64,000 bases of DNA from assembly GCA_002269645.1 (NCBI GenBank), contig NIVC01001315.1, positions 198,703 to 262,702 of the forward strand. Direction: 5' to 3'. The stretch comes from Macrostomum lignano (taxonomy: Eukaryota). The number at the start of each line of letters is the position of its first letter. The first letter of the stretch is position 1. A program made the position numbers and the translations under genes. This document shows positions 1 through 12,718 of the stretch, one piece after another. The notes beneath the pieces were generated by a model. It searched no databases. It was not told the origin of the DNA and was given only the letters and a program-made list of their open reading frames with translations.

Positions 1-860
1 ATGAGCTGCACGAATTCTTCGCCGCCATCGTGAACGCGCTGACACTCCCGCTGCCAGACAATCCGACGCTGTCGGAGACGCCGCCGGATACAGCCCGAGA
101 CACCGTCGCCGGAGGAGGAGAGCTTTAGCATAGTCCCGGTAAGCACAGCCGACGTTTTGAGGCTTGCCCAATTGTCGCCGGGCAGGAAAGCGCTGGGTAC
201 TGACACTAGTTAAGTCGCCAGAGTAATGAACCGGCCGCGTGCTCTTCGGCTAGGATCGGCGCCCAACGAATGGACCACGGAATACATCGCAGCTATTCCT
301 CAGAAGCCGCGCATCACAACCTTGAGGAGTATCAGCTAGGGCATCTGCCTTCGGTCGTGGAGTAGTGGCGCAGATTCTGGCTTTTCGCTGAGGCATCGAA
401 GAGGCGCGGATACGCTAGCAGATCCTGATGTTATCTTGGGGATTCGCAGATACAGATTTACAGATTTGTGGATTATGTATTCGTCGGTGGATAAGTACAC
501 GTGCTGCGCTCCCAATAATGGTGCCAAATCAGCTGGTTTCCGCCATCATGGCGATGTGCTGTGACACGAAACTGCGTGTCAACACCGGACGGCCAATCGA
601 GACCGTTCTGCTTTACAAAGCCGAGGCTTCTGGACGCTGACAGCTGTGGACTCAATCGAATAGCCAGATCAAGCGGCGCACGCTGGCCTGCTACTCGTCG
701 ACTTCAAGATCGGCGACAAACGAGTTCCAACGCGGCACCTGCACTGTATCATCGCACCGGCCCAGAGCGTCCAAGCGACCTGTTGTGCCATCGGCGACTC
801 CAACTGGTTTTATGTTTCTGTCAATGGTCGTTCCTTCTATTAACTTATAACTAATCCTTT
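1..860 (+). pseudogene. Decayed non-LTR (LINE, RTE-like) reverse transcriptase fragment
   Basis: Frameshifted translation gives STADVLRLAQLSPGRKALGTD (cf. EV..AI..LK.GKAPGPD), EWTTEYIAAIPQKP (cf. P.EW....I..IPK) and ETVLLY.AE.WTLT (cf. VLLYG.ETWTL). Multiple stops and shifts; runs off the window start. Confidence 0.6.
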
Positions 861-1327
861 CCACTATCCCCAGCTCCATCAACAGTATTCAGGGCCTCGC
901 GACTATGGCAATTTAAATATAATTTAAACGCAAGAACTGACACAGCATTTTTTTTGATTTAAATTACAGATTTCTGATTTAATTTTCTCAATTTGCTTCA
1001 ATTTCTTATTTATTTCAAGTGCATCGATACCAGAATCAAAGCAAATAATTGGTTAGCTTCAACATGCACGACTGATTAGCAGTTTGCAACAGATGTAATC
1101 ATGCAATAGCGGACACTAGAATTGAAATAAAAGGCGGAAAGATGCTTAGATGAAGGTGCGATCAATATAGAGTTTTCTGTTGTGTTAGGATTATGATTTG
1201 TGTGTGGATAATTGGACTGATTGGCTTACGCACAATAACAAGTGGATTAGAGGAAGCGGAATAAAACTTTGACATGCGAATGTCTTTCACGTTTCAGTCT
1301 TCTGGCTTGAATTCAGTGACCACGATA

Positions 1328-1687
1328 TTAGTGATGATGGTCGTCATGGTGGTGATGACCGTCATGATGATGGTGATGACCGACATGGTGGTGGTGATGG
1401 TCGTCATGTTGATGGAGATGACCGTCATGGTGGTGATGATGGTCGTCATGGTGACCGTCATGTTGGTGGTGATGGTCGTCGTGGTGGTGATGACCATCAT
1501 AGTGGTGGCGATAGCCTTCATGGTGGTGGTGATGACCGTCATGGAGGTGGTGATGGTCGTCATGGTGGTGGCCGTCATTGGCTAGTTCGAAGAGCATCTC
1601 GCCAGTACTGATGGCGTCTGCCTTGGTCAGCAGGGCAGCGGCGCTCATCAGGCCGACTGCCAGAAGTGCGATCAAATACGAGCTCAT
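1328..1687 (-). CDS. Secreted histidine-rich peptide (119 aa, single exon)
   Basis: ATG in gcaATGa context. Hydrophobic signal peptide MSSYLIALLAVGLMSAAALLTKADA with an A-D-A cleavage-like site. The last 82 aa contain 49 His in (D/E)G-Hn-DD-Hn modules. AATAAA on the minus strand at 1009-1014. Confidence 0.75.
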   Translation of the reverse strand: MSSYLIALLAVGLMSAAALLTKADAISTGEMLFELANDGHHHDDHHHLHDGHHHHHEGYRHHYDGHHHHDDHHHQHDGHHDDHHHHHDGHLHQHDDHHHHHVGHHHHHDGHHHHDDHHH

Positions 1688-2649
1688 TGCTGTAGCGGCG
1701 TTTCGGGTGGTCCTATGCCAGTGAAAAACGTGGTGCTCTCGTATCTAGCAGATTCGGAAATTAGCTCAAATGCTGCAGCAGCTCTCACTTAAACTGCTGC
1801 GCTTGAGACTCAGCCCATCGAACCTGTCTCCACAGTCCAGTTTTGTTTGTGTAAAAAAACCCTGGCGTTGATGCCACAAATACGTATATGGCAATGAAAC
1901 GAAATTAACTAGTGGCTTCTTTAAACAGATATTTGTTTTTTTCAATGTATTTTTAAAATTAATAGACTTTAAGAAGCAGCACACCTGAGAACTGCTGATG
2001 TCCCCCATTGCTTAGTTGTATCAGATGTATGTAAATTAGGCATGCAAAACCATTTAACAACAACAACGCATGATTTGCTCATGAATTCGTATGCACTGTG
2101 CCAGTAAGCCAGATGGCCATTTATGCACAGCTGAGTGTGTTTTGCACACGCACCTTACATACATAGAGTGGAGCTATGATGGCTGAATGATGATCATGTT
2201 CTGACTTTATCTTTCACTTAATGACGAGGCAAAATCTAAAATTTACTATATAAACCAGAATAATTGCATGGTTCTACAACAGTACCTGTGTGGGAAAATG
2301 ACAACCATCAATTTAGCACAGCTGTATACAGTGTGTACGTATTTTCAATTCACAAATATGAATTATTTGATAAATAATTATGAAGAATTTTCCCCATTTC
2401 GGCTAGCTACTGTATTCCTTATTTAATTATTTAGAGACAAGACAAGCCTCGAAGAATGAAATATAGCCCAAAAGAATCGGTAACATAGCTTCCGTAGCTT
2501 AGAAACTATAGAAGACAGCAGTGAAACCAGAAATTTTCGTTCAAGAAACAGATAGTTTTGAGCCTGGAAAATGAAACAACAAAATGAAAAGTTTCAAACT
2601 GATTCTCACTGTTCTAGAATCGGGAATAAGCCAATCCTGATAAGATAAC

Positions 2650-3487
2650 TGTGACGTTGTCAGTTTAAGGTGGTCCCGAAAAGGGCCGTTGGACTGCTGT
2701 TTCTTTATAGTTTCAACCCTTCAGTTTCACCGTTTCAACTAAACTTTTCCATTTGTTTATTGCGACGTTTACTTGTAGTAGTGCCCAACGATTTGTGGCA
2801 ATTTCTAATTCACTGTATATTTTGCTATCCTCTCTCGCGACCGTATAAAATTGGCACGATCGATAATTTCAAGTTCTCTCGCCAGCCAATGAAAACCACT
2901 CGTGCTTCGCGCTCCCCCCCTCTGCGCTCCTTTATTAAACCCCCCGCCTGGCGGCGGGCACTCCTCACTCTTCCTCGTCTCCCTGCTCGTCCCTGTTCTT
3001 GTGTTCTGTGTTCTCTCTCCTTAGGCTTGCCTCCGTCCCGTCTGGCTTGCCTAGCCTTGTCTAGCCTTGTTTTCCTTCTCCCTGTCTGGCTGCCTCGAGC
3101 CTCCTTACCTCAAGCCACGGCTGACGCCAACTTCGCCACTGCTCATCCGCCTGCCTACTACGTCTCACTGCCTTCACTGTACTCATTGCCATTGATCATC
3201 ACGTTACGTCGCCATTATATCACTCGTCTGTCGCTTGAACTCGCATCCAATTTACCTTAAAAGAAACCATTGTTGCAGCCGCCAGTGCCCAGAAAGCAAT
3301 AGTTTGTTATTTGCCAGTAACAACCAAACTTACTATTTACATTGATAATAAAAACGACTACGGCAGTTTCCTGCCCTTATTGCCAAGTGCTCCGCTACAC
3401 CATCCACTTCGCCTAAGTTGACTTCAACTTATTTTGGGACTAAAACGGCCCTTTTAAGGGTCACGGCCAACATCAAATAACGTGACA
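2650..3487. mobile_element. Solo LTR (838 bp) of an LTR retrotransposon
   Basis: Starts TGTGACGTT and ends AACGTGACA (TG...CA, imperfect inverted termini including aaaagggccgtt/aacggccctttt). Exact 5-bp TSD ATAAC at 2645-2649 and 3488-3492. TATAAAA at 2844 and AATAAA at 3347. Confidence 0.8.
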
Positions 3488-3492
3488 ATAAC

Positions 3493-3600
3493 AATCAGAA
3501 TCTGCTAGCGTATCCGCGCCTCTTCGATGACTTGGCGAAAAGCCAGGATCTGCACCACTACTCCACGACATTAAGACAGTATAGGCAGATGCGCGCCCTG
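3493..3600 (-). pseudogene. Second fragment of the same LINE, inverted relative to 335-435
   Basis: tctgctagcgtatccgcgcctcttcgatg...gcgaaaagcca.gatctgc.ccactactccacgac matches the reverse complement of about 335-430. Confidence 0.7.
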
Positions 3601-4164
3601 ATAATCGTAGAAAATAAAAACATTTTGGTGGATTGTTTAGTATAGTAGGTAAACGGAGTGGAATAATGGTCAGACACTCGTGCGCTAACGCACAGCGATG
3701 GTTGAATGGATTAATAATTATATAATGGATATAGCTCGTAATTATTTATCCATTAAAGTATAGTTATACACAAAGTATAGAGCGGTCACGTGCTGCGACC
3801 GCTGATTCTTTAGCATTGTTTTTCTGGATTGTTCTGCATAAAATGTGCAAACAACGATCGTCAAATTGCTAAACAATACATTGCAATGCATAAAAATGTG
3901 AATAGCTAGCTAATGATCGTCAAATTGCTCGAAAATGTATGAATAAAATTAAACACTTCATTCTCCAACATTTTTGAAACAATTGTCGATCACCACATTT
4001 AAATTTTTTTAAAATCAAACAAAAATGAAAAACCAAGTCTGCTAATATACTTCTAGGCTTTCCAAAATTATAAGTAAAAGGTTTTAGGGCCTATCTATCT
4101 TTAAAAAATCATTCTTAAAATAAAATTATCAAAAAACGGAATTCAGTCAAATGCTGCTGCAGAT

Positions 4165-4806
4165 GGGGGGGGGGTTTTCACAAACTCGAAATTTCACAAC
4201 GTCGAAAGCACCTTCTTTCACAAGGTCGAAATTCACAAGGTCGAAATTTCATAACATCGAAAACTCAAATAGCAGCCACTTTCACAAGGTCGAAACTTCA
4301 CAAGGTCGAAATTTCACAACATCGAAAACTTTAGCAAAGGACTTCATAAGGTCGAAAATTCACAAGGTCGAAATTTCACAACATCGAAAAGTCGAAAAGC
4401 AGCCACTTTCTACAACGTTTTTCTACAACGTAGAAAACTACTGTATGGTTCTTGATAGATAAAATTTTCGACTTTGTGAAATTTCGAGCTTATGAAGTTT
4501 CGACCTTGTGAAAGTGGCTGCACTTGAGTTTTCGATGTTATGAAATTTCGACCTTGTGAAATTTCGACCTTATGAAATCTCTTGCTAGATTTTTCGATGT
4601 TGTGAAATTTCGACCTTGGGAAGTTTCGACCTTGTGAAAGTGGCTGCTATTTGAGTTTTCGATGTTGTGAAGTTTCGACCTTGTGAAAGTGACTGCTATT
4701 TGAGTTTTCGATGTTGTGAAATTTCGACCTTATGAAATTTCGACCTTATGAAGTCTCTTGCTAAAGTTTTCGATGTTGTGAAATTTCGACCTTGTGAAAG
4801 CACCCC
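4165..4806. mobile_element. Foldback-type non-autonomous element with arms of cacaaggtcgaaattt repeats
   Basis: Left-arm repeats (4180-4440) are inverted in the right arm (4465-4800). Termini gggg...tttcac / gtgaaagcacccc. Flanking direct repeat CTGCAGAT at 4157-4164 and 4807-4814. Confidence 0.7.
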
Positions 4807-6609
4807 CTGCAGATTATGATCTTGGAATTCTTTGAATTCTTGTTAAAGGCATCAGAGGTCAGGACACATATTCTTTCCAATATATTTAATCCCCTTAGCA
4901 TGTCATAATCTCTTAGGCTTAGCCGCGGCATAGGTACCTAATTCTGCAAAAGTTCTCACCAAGTTGGCAAATCGAAACAAAACAAAACTGAGTTGAAACA
5001 TCTATATCTTTTGCACATATCCCAACTACAGGCCTAATGCGATCACACTCATACGTCTTGACAATTATCATATAGTAATAGAATGGCATGGGTGCAGTTG
5101 AATACGTCGTGCTACTTATTAAATAAATATCTGAGAAAACTCGTGGCGAGCTACCAATCTATTTGATCTTTTACTAATCAGTCTTATTAAAGGTAAGCCT
5201 TAGTAGGGTCAAGGTACTCGTACTCTAGGACTAGTGTTCCGCCGTAATTACGGATACGATTACGGAAAACTACGGGGCGGGAACAAAACTGCCGTAATTT
5301 TGGTTACGGATTACGGTTATTGTTGAAAGGGGCAGTTACGGAACGACTATGGGATTACTGCCAGGAGGACGCTTTTCACGAATTTTCCCGTAGCGTAATT
5401 GAAGTTAAATTTTTTCAATACGAATTGTTGCATTTCTTCTTGCAAAAAGTATAAAGTATAATATTTAAAAAATTAAATCTCTAATTTTTTGCCTGTCGTG
5501 TTTGAAATGAAATACAAGTTACCATGGTAGTTTGTTTAAATCGAGAAATAATGTTCGCATTTTAATAAAGTGACTTTGGGCCTTCCAATTTAAAATGTAC
5601 TAGATTGAACGCGATTCGTGAGACGTGAACGGGTGGTAAACCTGACATGATTTATTGGATTGGGGATTAGCTATTTGATTTTTATAAACTTTAAATGTCA
5701 ACTTTTTTGCTCTGTAGTTGGAGTTTTCAATTTTATACCCTCTTTTTGTCTCGTTTTTGAGAAACAAGCACTCTATGATGTGATATGTGTTTATGTTGCA
5801 TATTGAAAATTAAATTGCCAGTTTTGAAGATCTCGACAATCTATGGGAAGGTAGTTTTTACATGTGGTACGTGTTACAAATCTACATGTTTTTTTACATC
5901 GTTTTCCTTACTATGTCTATTCCTAATTTTTGTTATATTACGGCTACAGTTGTCAGTTACAGGAAACTAGGTGATTATAGAGAAGTGGGCACCAAAATGG
6001 CAGTAAAATATGGGTACAGTTAGGCCATAGTTCGGAAGAGGGCATGTACGCCGGAAATTTCCGGGGTACAGTCAAGAAATTTGGCGTACATGTTGGCGTA
6101 CAAATAGTAATTTTCTAAGGCTTTTGGCGTACATGTTTAACCATGATTACTAATTTGGTGTGTAACATGCACCAAAAAATAAAAAATTCGTAACCTAGTG
6201 AAATCAATAACAGTTACAAAGTCGTTCATTATGCATTTACTGTAAAATTTCACGATTGATGCAGAACTGACTTCCGTGTTTTTTGCTTGTGGTGAAGTTG
6301 TAATTTTAACAAAAAATGCACAAATTTTACTTAAATTTTATAAATAAACTGTTGTACATATAAATCTGTCACTTTTTAATAGTTCTTGCTGATAAATAAA
6401 AAAGTTACTTTCCGTTTTCAACATTGACAATTTAAAATTAAATATCGATATCACTAGTCCAGCTAGGTAATGTTTTTATCGGGCCGTTTTGGGCTGAGAC
6501 ATTTGATATTCCTGATAGATACAACTCCGGACATTCATTTAGGTTGTATCGGACTCAAATGCGCGAGTCATCCCAACCTTCGCGGCCCAGCGCGGTTCCT
6601 TGGATGCCC

Positions 6610-8760
6610 GTCAAAACGGCCACACGCGGAACGGCCACACGACAAAACGGCCACACCGTTAAAACGGCCACACGACAAAACGGCCACATAAAACAAAAAG
6701 GGTTGCAGATCGACTGCTCATGAGATCCAGCTCATGACATCAAAATGCAAAAGAAGTGAATGCATTGAGATATTGTGAAATTTATGTAGGCCGAAAAGGA
6801 TCCGAAAGGAAGCACCAGAGAAGCGAAGACGAAATTGTATTTTATGGAGCGACCAGCAGTTATGCAAATTTTTAAAAGATGCTAAAATAGTTATGTAAGA
6901 AAGTTAAAAAATGCTAAAATGGTTCACAAAGTATCACAAAGTAAAATTTACCACAAAAGTTAAAAAGTTAGGAGCTTGAATGTCACTCGAAGCTGCACTA
7001 AAAAATTCCCGTTGCAATCATCTCCAGCAGCTGCATGCTCTCAGCAGTGATCTCCTGCGCCTGAAATCGGCTCCATGCCTGGATCACACAGGCGTGCGTT
7101 CGTTGGCAGCTTTTCTTCTGTCGGCGGTACAACTTGCCGTGACTAAGTAGCTTTCGCTGAGCTGGCACGACTTTGACCTCCTCGATCGATCTGCAAGCAG
7201 CTGCAGTAGCTGGTACAGAGGGTACTGGCCATGCCGGCGTCCTCTTGTATTAATCCTCTGGTGCCAGCCTTCAACGTCGTTGTTAGTTCGGATGGCGAGT
7301 GCAAAGGTTCACCACGTGGACGGTGGAAATGTGGCTGTTGCCGTGATCCAATTGCGCTCTACGTACTCGAGCCACTCTCCCAAAGGCCCATTCAGGTGAG
7401 CAGGTGAGCAGGCAGATCGCAGCTGTTCGAAGTTTGGCAGAATATCATTTGATGGCAGGTAAGCCAGGGCCATCACCTTTCTGCAGAATCTGCGCAGTGA
7501 GTAGGACACTGCGTAGCTGCGTGCAAGGCCAAGCTGCTGCAGATGGCGATACAGTGCTTGGCAACTCGAAGTCGATGGTCTTTGGTTCTTTTGGTCGATC
7601 TTTTTGTCTGGCTCGCTGCACCATCCGAACCAGAGCAGCTTGGCTCCGAGACCCGTCGACTCCAGCAGGGTCTGATGCCTGCCTGTAAAATGGTAAATTT
7701 TGATTGATTGACTGACTGATTGATTGATTGATTGATTGACTGATCGATTGATTGATTTACCTAGCTTCAACAATTTCCGCAGCTGGATGGAATAGCTGCC
7801 GCTTGCCATCTGCCTTCAAATCGCGCCACAATGCCACCTGCTCAGCTGTGACGCCAGGTGCGAAGTGGTTGTGCTCGGCGCGATTATTGGTGAAAGTGCC
7901 ACCACTCTCAATAACACTTGCTGAGCAGTTCCTGATGCTGCACCTCCAGTACCTCTTCTTCGCTCGTCGGAATTTTTTAACGAAAGTGAATCCAAGATTG
8001 GAAATCAGAGTGGCCTTGCCCTTCTGTGATCCTTCTTCTACTACAACAAAAGCCTCTTCCTCTTCTTCCAGTACTGTTGAAAGCTCCAGCTCAATTGTTG
8101 GTTCGTCAATGCCAACATCCAATTCCGTGCTATGCAACGGAAACAAGCTGTCTACAAGTGTCTCAGAGTCAGCCTCGAGGCCTGAAATGTAGAGAATTGG
8201 AATGTAGAAAAAAATCTGCTTTAGCTCAACTTCACATGCATCGACTTACCTAAACCTTCTGTAACAACTTCAGGTGCGTCAGATGCTGGTAACCTTATTC
8301 GCAAACGTAAGGCAGGTCGCTCCTCAGCAGCTAAGCTGGGTTCCGCTGCCGCACTGTGCTCAGCAGCTAAGCTGGGTTCCGCTGCGGCACTGTGCTCAGC
8401 AGCTGAGCTGGGTGCTAGCAGGCAATTTGGACAAAACCATGGCATCGTCTCATTCTTCATGGCATTGTAGCAGCAGATTTACAATAATTACCAATTACAG
8501 TTAATTCAAATAATTACAACTATAACAGCATACTATAAATAGCAACTCACCTTTCAGACAAAGTCGATGCAGTGCCATCTGCTGCAGCGATCGCAGCACA
8601 ATGCATGCTGGCGGGGTCTGACTCTAAGTAGACACTTTGGACAACTGTCGTCCATTGTTAAAAATGAAAAATGAAAAAAAAAATTATTACATCGTGTGGC
8701 CGTTTTGTCGTGTGGCCGTTTTGTCGTGTGGCCGTTCCGCGTGTGGCCGTGTGGCCGTGT
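6610..8760 (-). mobile_element. Mutator-like (MULE) transposon, inner element
   Basis: Repeat-built inverted termini acggccacacgcggaacggccacacgacaaaacggccacac at 6610-6690 and its reverse complement at 8690-8760, enclosing the transposase pseudogene. No TSD found. Confidence 0.7.
7000..8655 (-). pseudogene. Degenerate PHD-FLYWCH-MULE transposase
   Basis: PHD halves MDDSCPKC...ALCCDRCSRW.HRLC and YNAMKNETMPWFCPNC. FLYWCH finger SQKGKATLISNLGFTF...YWRCSIRNCSA...HNH (7757-8146 ORF). MULE C-terminal motifs DFE, ALAYLP...EYVERNW...FPPSTW and RTNNDVEGWHQRIN (about 7250-7290). Frameshifts present; first catalytic Asp and CxFH not found. Confidence 0.8.
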
Positions 8761-9039
8761 AAATGTAATATATTTACATAGAAGACAAATTTAATAACTG
8801 CACTGTAAACGACAACGTCACAAAGATACATGGCGTACATCGGCGTACACAAAAAAAATTGGTAGTTTTTTTTTTCCGGGGTACATACAGAGTGTTCCGA
8901 ACTATGGCAGTTAGGCAACTTAATTTGTTGTATGGCCAATACCCGCAAAGCACATTGCTGTGCTTGTGTTGCTTGCACTTGCAAGTTGCTAATTATATGT
9001 TACTGGAAAATATTTGGTAGGTAATGACAAATTGACAAC

Positions 9040-9230
9040 CAGGGACAGATCCAGAAAGGGAGGGCCAAGGGGTAGGGGGGCCATGGCCATCATGGCTCCT
9101 CTCAGCTGCAGCCAAAAAAAATTTGGTCATTTTTTGGCCTGCTACTATGCCAGGTCTATTTTCAAATATAGGGTTATAGTGCTTGGTATAGCTTAGCCCC
9201 TTCCTCAAAAATTTTCTGGATCTGCACCTG
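9040..9230. mobile_element. hAT-like MITE (191 bp)
   Basis: TIRs cagggacagatccagaaa / ttttctggatctgcacctg. Degenerate 8-bp TSD ttgacaac / atgacaat. Confidence 0.65.
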
Positions 9231-9786
9231 ATGACAATAGGTTGGTTGTAATTTTGTATTGGTGTGTGAATGCCTTAAAAACTTTTCGCACTACACTCAT
9301 TAATACTGTTCTCCCTCTATAGGCTAGACAATCTATCAGAGCTAAAAATCCCTTATGATAATGAATTTTTTTCAAAAAAATGTTTATTTCTGGCACAAAT
9401 TTTCCTGAGTATTGCAGTACACTAGACTAATGTCAGGGTTCTGGATTGTAGAATAGTGTATACTGGAGCAAAAATCTTATTCTAAAGTTATAATCTAGAA
9501 AATAATCAAATAACTAAACTAAAGTTTTCAGTGATAAAAATTTTTTTAAATAATTTTTTTATATAATGTTGTTGATTTAATTGTATAATTTTTTATCATT
9601 GACTCTTTATTTAATACTAAATTTGTCTTAAGTTTGCATAAAAATGTCAATATTAATATTTATATTATTCATATTAGTGTATTACATAATAATACATTTT
9701 ATTAGTATTAAAATTTATATGCAATGCATTCCAAAATTTATATATTTTTTCTATGGCAAAACTTATAGGCCTCTGCTACCTATATT

Positions 9787-11067
9787 AGGGACTTCAGTGA
9801 GTTATAAGAAGTGCGTGCCAATGGCAAAAAAGTAAGAAAAAAGTCCAATTTTTCAAGGGCGATTTTAAAGAAACTATAGAAGCCAGGATGAAAGTAAAAT
9901 ATGCATTTAAAAGGTAAAAAGGAGCTCTTTCAAATGACACCAACTGCAAGTCTAGCTTTGTTATACTTTTTGCACTGTCTATTTTTAAAGTTGACCATTT
10001 TTTAGGAGGAATATAAAATTGAAGCCAAAATGAATAAAAAAACAGTGGTTCAGAAAATGCTTTTTCTTAGCTGCAATGTGTTTCTTATAATGGAAACAAA
10101 GGTTTTATAGTGTAAAGGGATAATTTAGAAACATTTTTCTGGTGTTAAAAAAAATTTTTTTTTTCTTTTAATGCCCATATGGCTCTATGCAAAATTTCAA
10201 ATCCAAAATTTTCCATGAAATCCTTTTCCTGCATTGTTTCTCTTTATATTTTTCATTACCTATTGACAATACAAGCACAGTAAAAAAAACCGCTTGCCAA
10301 TAGCTATAGGCGCAAAAATTTTGTGGAGGTTTCTTTTTTTGATACGTTTACATGTAAAATACCCATTGAAACGTGTATTTCGTGTTTTTTGTGAGACTCT
10401 GCCTTCCGGCAAACTAGTTCTCTGTGTCATTTAACTAATTCTGCTATGCTGAACACGATAGGCAAAACCGTTTTTTAATAAACCCATGCGCAAAGCCTGT
10501 ACAGCACATTACATTGCAGTTGGGGTGTCTGTCATGCATTAAAAATTTAGGGCAAGAAGTAGAATAGTATTATAGTAGGTAAAAACCTGAACAAAATGAC
10601 ACTAGCCTTGTATAAATTAAGCAAGCAGAACAGATGCTATTGTATTTTTAAAATTGCAATCATTGCGTATCTGGTTAAAATAGTCAAAATTTCATACACC
10701 CATCCTGTTTCAATTAGCTTAGCAACTTGGGCATATAAAATAATATTAAAATATATAATTCATACAATTAACACTAAAAAACTGAACAAAATGACACCAA
10801 GCACAGTCATTTTGGTTGGCTAGAAAATTAATTACAAGTGTTCAAAGACAAAAAGCCAACTTTTTGGCCAAAAATGATCACAAACCGTAATGTAAAAATT
10901 CCATTGGCTAAAGGCACAAATCGGGGTTACTAAAATAGCTGTAGTTTCCTTATTACTCAACCAAATCACTAAAGTTTGGCCATTTTGGAAATGGGAAAGT
11001 AAGATCTATCTAGTGAAATAGCAGCCTATAACAATTTCTGAAATTTAATTTTCTCACTGAAGTGCCT
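9787..11067. mobile_element. AT-rich non-autonomous TIR element (MULE-like by TSD length)
   Basis: 15-bp TIRs agggacttcagtgag / ctcactgaagtgcct (1 mismatch). 9-bp TSD acctatatt (9778-9786) / acctatata (11068-11076). No coding capacity. Confidence 0.65.
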
Positions 11068-12537
11068 ACCTATATATCATAAAAATGGCAAAATATATAT
11101 GCCAACTTTAAAAGAGTTCATTAATGAATTTTTTATTTACATTTAACCTTCTAGAGCCTAGGAACTTTGCAGAGCATAAAACCTAAATTGCATGCCTAGC
11201 ACAATAAATTGCCTAGGATAAGCAAAGTGATAGCCATCTATGAATGCAGTATAAGCATTAGTAATGAGTGCTAGTAAACTTGTCAACTTTTTTGTCAACT
11301 GGCCTAGCTGTATAGTAAATTTGTCAATTGGTAAATTCATCAACTAGTAAATTCCTCAATACAGTACAGTATATACAGCTATCTCAGTGCACAGATAAAA
11401 CAGATTAATAAAAACAATGAGCTGAGATGTGTCATTATAATGCTGGTTTTTAGGCACAGGACATGACAATTGTCAATTGTGACAATGCCTGCCTTTACTG
11501 TTGCCAGATTGGCATTGTCAATTGCTGGGTCTTTGCTAGATTGACTGGATAAGAGACAGTAGCGCACTGCAGCACCTAGCAGTCTGCCATGTATATCATA
11601 ATCAAATATGAGATATAATAAAATAAAAAACAATGAAACCAAGAATCTTCCATTTCAATAACTAGCTAGGGGACTGCCATTAATTGTTCTAGGATCCCAA
11701 TCCTAATCAATTTTAATAAATGTAATTTAAAAAAAAGTATTATTTAATCAACTTTTTATCCACTATTTATCCAATTACACACTATACAAACTCTGGTAAA
11801 CTTGTCAACACAGTTGACAAATAAAAAGTTGATAAGTTTACCCAGATAAGGTAAAATTCCAAAGAACCTAGTATAATAGTGCAGGCCTATAAAAAATTCA
11901 AAGAAAAGCACACATATTTGATAGTGCAAATATACAGAAGCATTAAATCATTGATTAAAATGATATATGAATAAAATTGTCTATATATTGTTAGAAAGGG
12001 GTCATAGTAAAAAAGCAAATAGAAATGTTTGCAAAAAGTTTTTCTTGCAAATAAAATAACACCAATGCTATTATTATCTAAAAATTATAGAAACCTGAAT
12101 TAACATTCCTTATAGACATTGCAATTTTTTAATTATTGCTAAGTCATTAAAAAACGTTATTCTATATGTTATTTTATATTCTTATTAAACTGTGATACTT
12201 TCTAAGTATCTTTAAAGCATATCTATAAAAATCTTATTTCTTTATTCATCTTTAGCTAGGCCTATTTTTTATACTTTTATTTATATTGTTTTTAGTTATT
12301 ATAGTTGAAGCTTACATTAAAAAAGATAAGTTGAGATTTTTAGTCCGTTTGTTTTTTATTGGCAATTTTAATTTTATTGTTTTTCCTATTTTTTAATTGC
12401 TATGCGAAATATTCTAGGCTTTAGTATGTATTATGAATATATAAAAATGCTATAATATGGACTTTTTAATTTTGGTTCAAATTACTGTCAAAATCAAATC
12501 TTTGCTTATAATCCCACTTATTGATCTTCATTCATGT

Positions 12538-12718
12538 AGGGAATTAATTCCCCAGACAGTCGCAATTGCTAACCAGCTGCAGCAGGAATTAATTCCCCGG
12601 ACACTCGCAATCACTAACCAGCTGCAGCAGGGAATTAATTCCCCAGACACTCGCACTCGCTAACCAGCTGCAGCAGGGAATTAATTCCCCAGACACTCGC
12701 AATCGCTAACCAGCTGCA
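12538..12718. repeat. About 46-bp minisatellite, 4 copies, abutting the RPA43 ATG
   Basis: Unit gcagggaattaattccccagacactcgcaatcgctaaccagctgca; the last copy runs directly into the ATG at 12719. Confidence 0.9.

Larger units (their letters stand above)
6025..8907. mobile_element. TIR DNA element (outer) carrying a nested MULE
   Basis: TIRs ccatagttcggaa...tgtac.ccggaaa (6025) and tttccggggtaca...ttccgaactatgg (8907). Flanking direct repeat CAGTTAGG at 6017-6024 and 8908-8915; the next base C also matches, so it is 8 or 9 bp. Confidence 0.75.

Noticed and set aside
1274-1585. Val/Met-rich (+) and Thr/Met-rich (-) ORFs
   Set aside because: Alternative frames of the His-rich gene; no signal peptide or start context.
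2670-3260. 196-aa Leu/Pro/Ser-rich ORF
   Set aside because: Lies inside the solo LTR, has a GTG start and low complexity, and shows no gag/pol motifs.
5231-5970. Possible hAT element (ctagtgttcc ... ggaaactag) with ttacgg subterminal repeats
   Set aside because: The TIR match is short and no TSD could be found.
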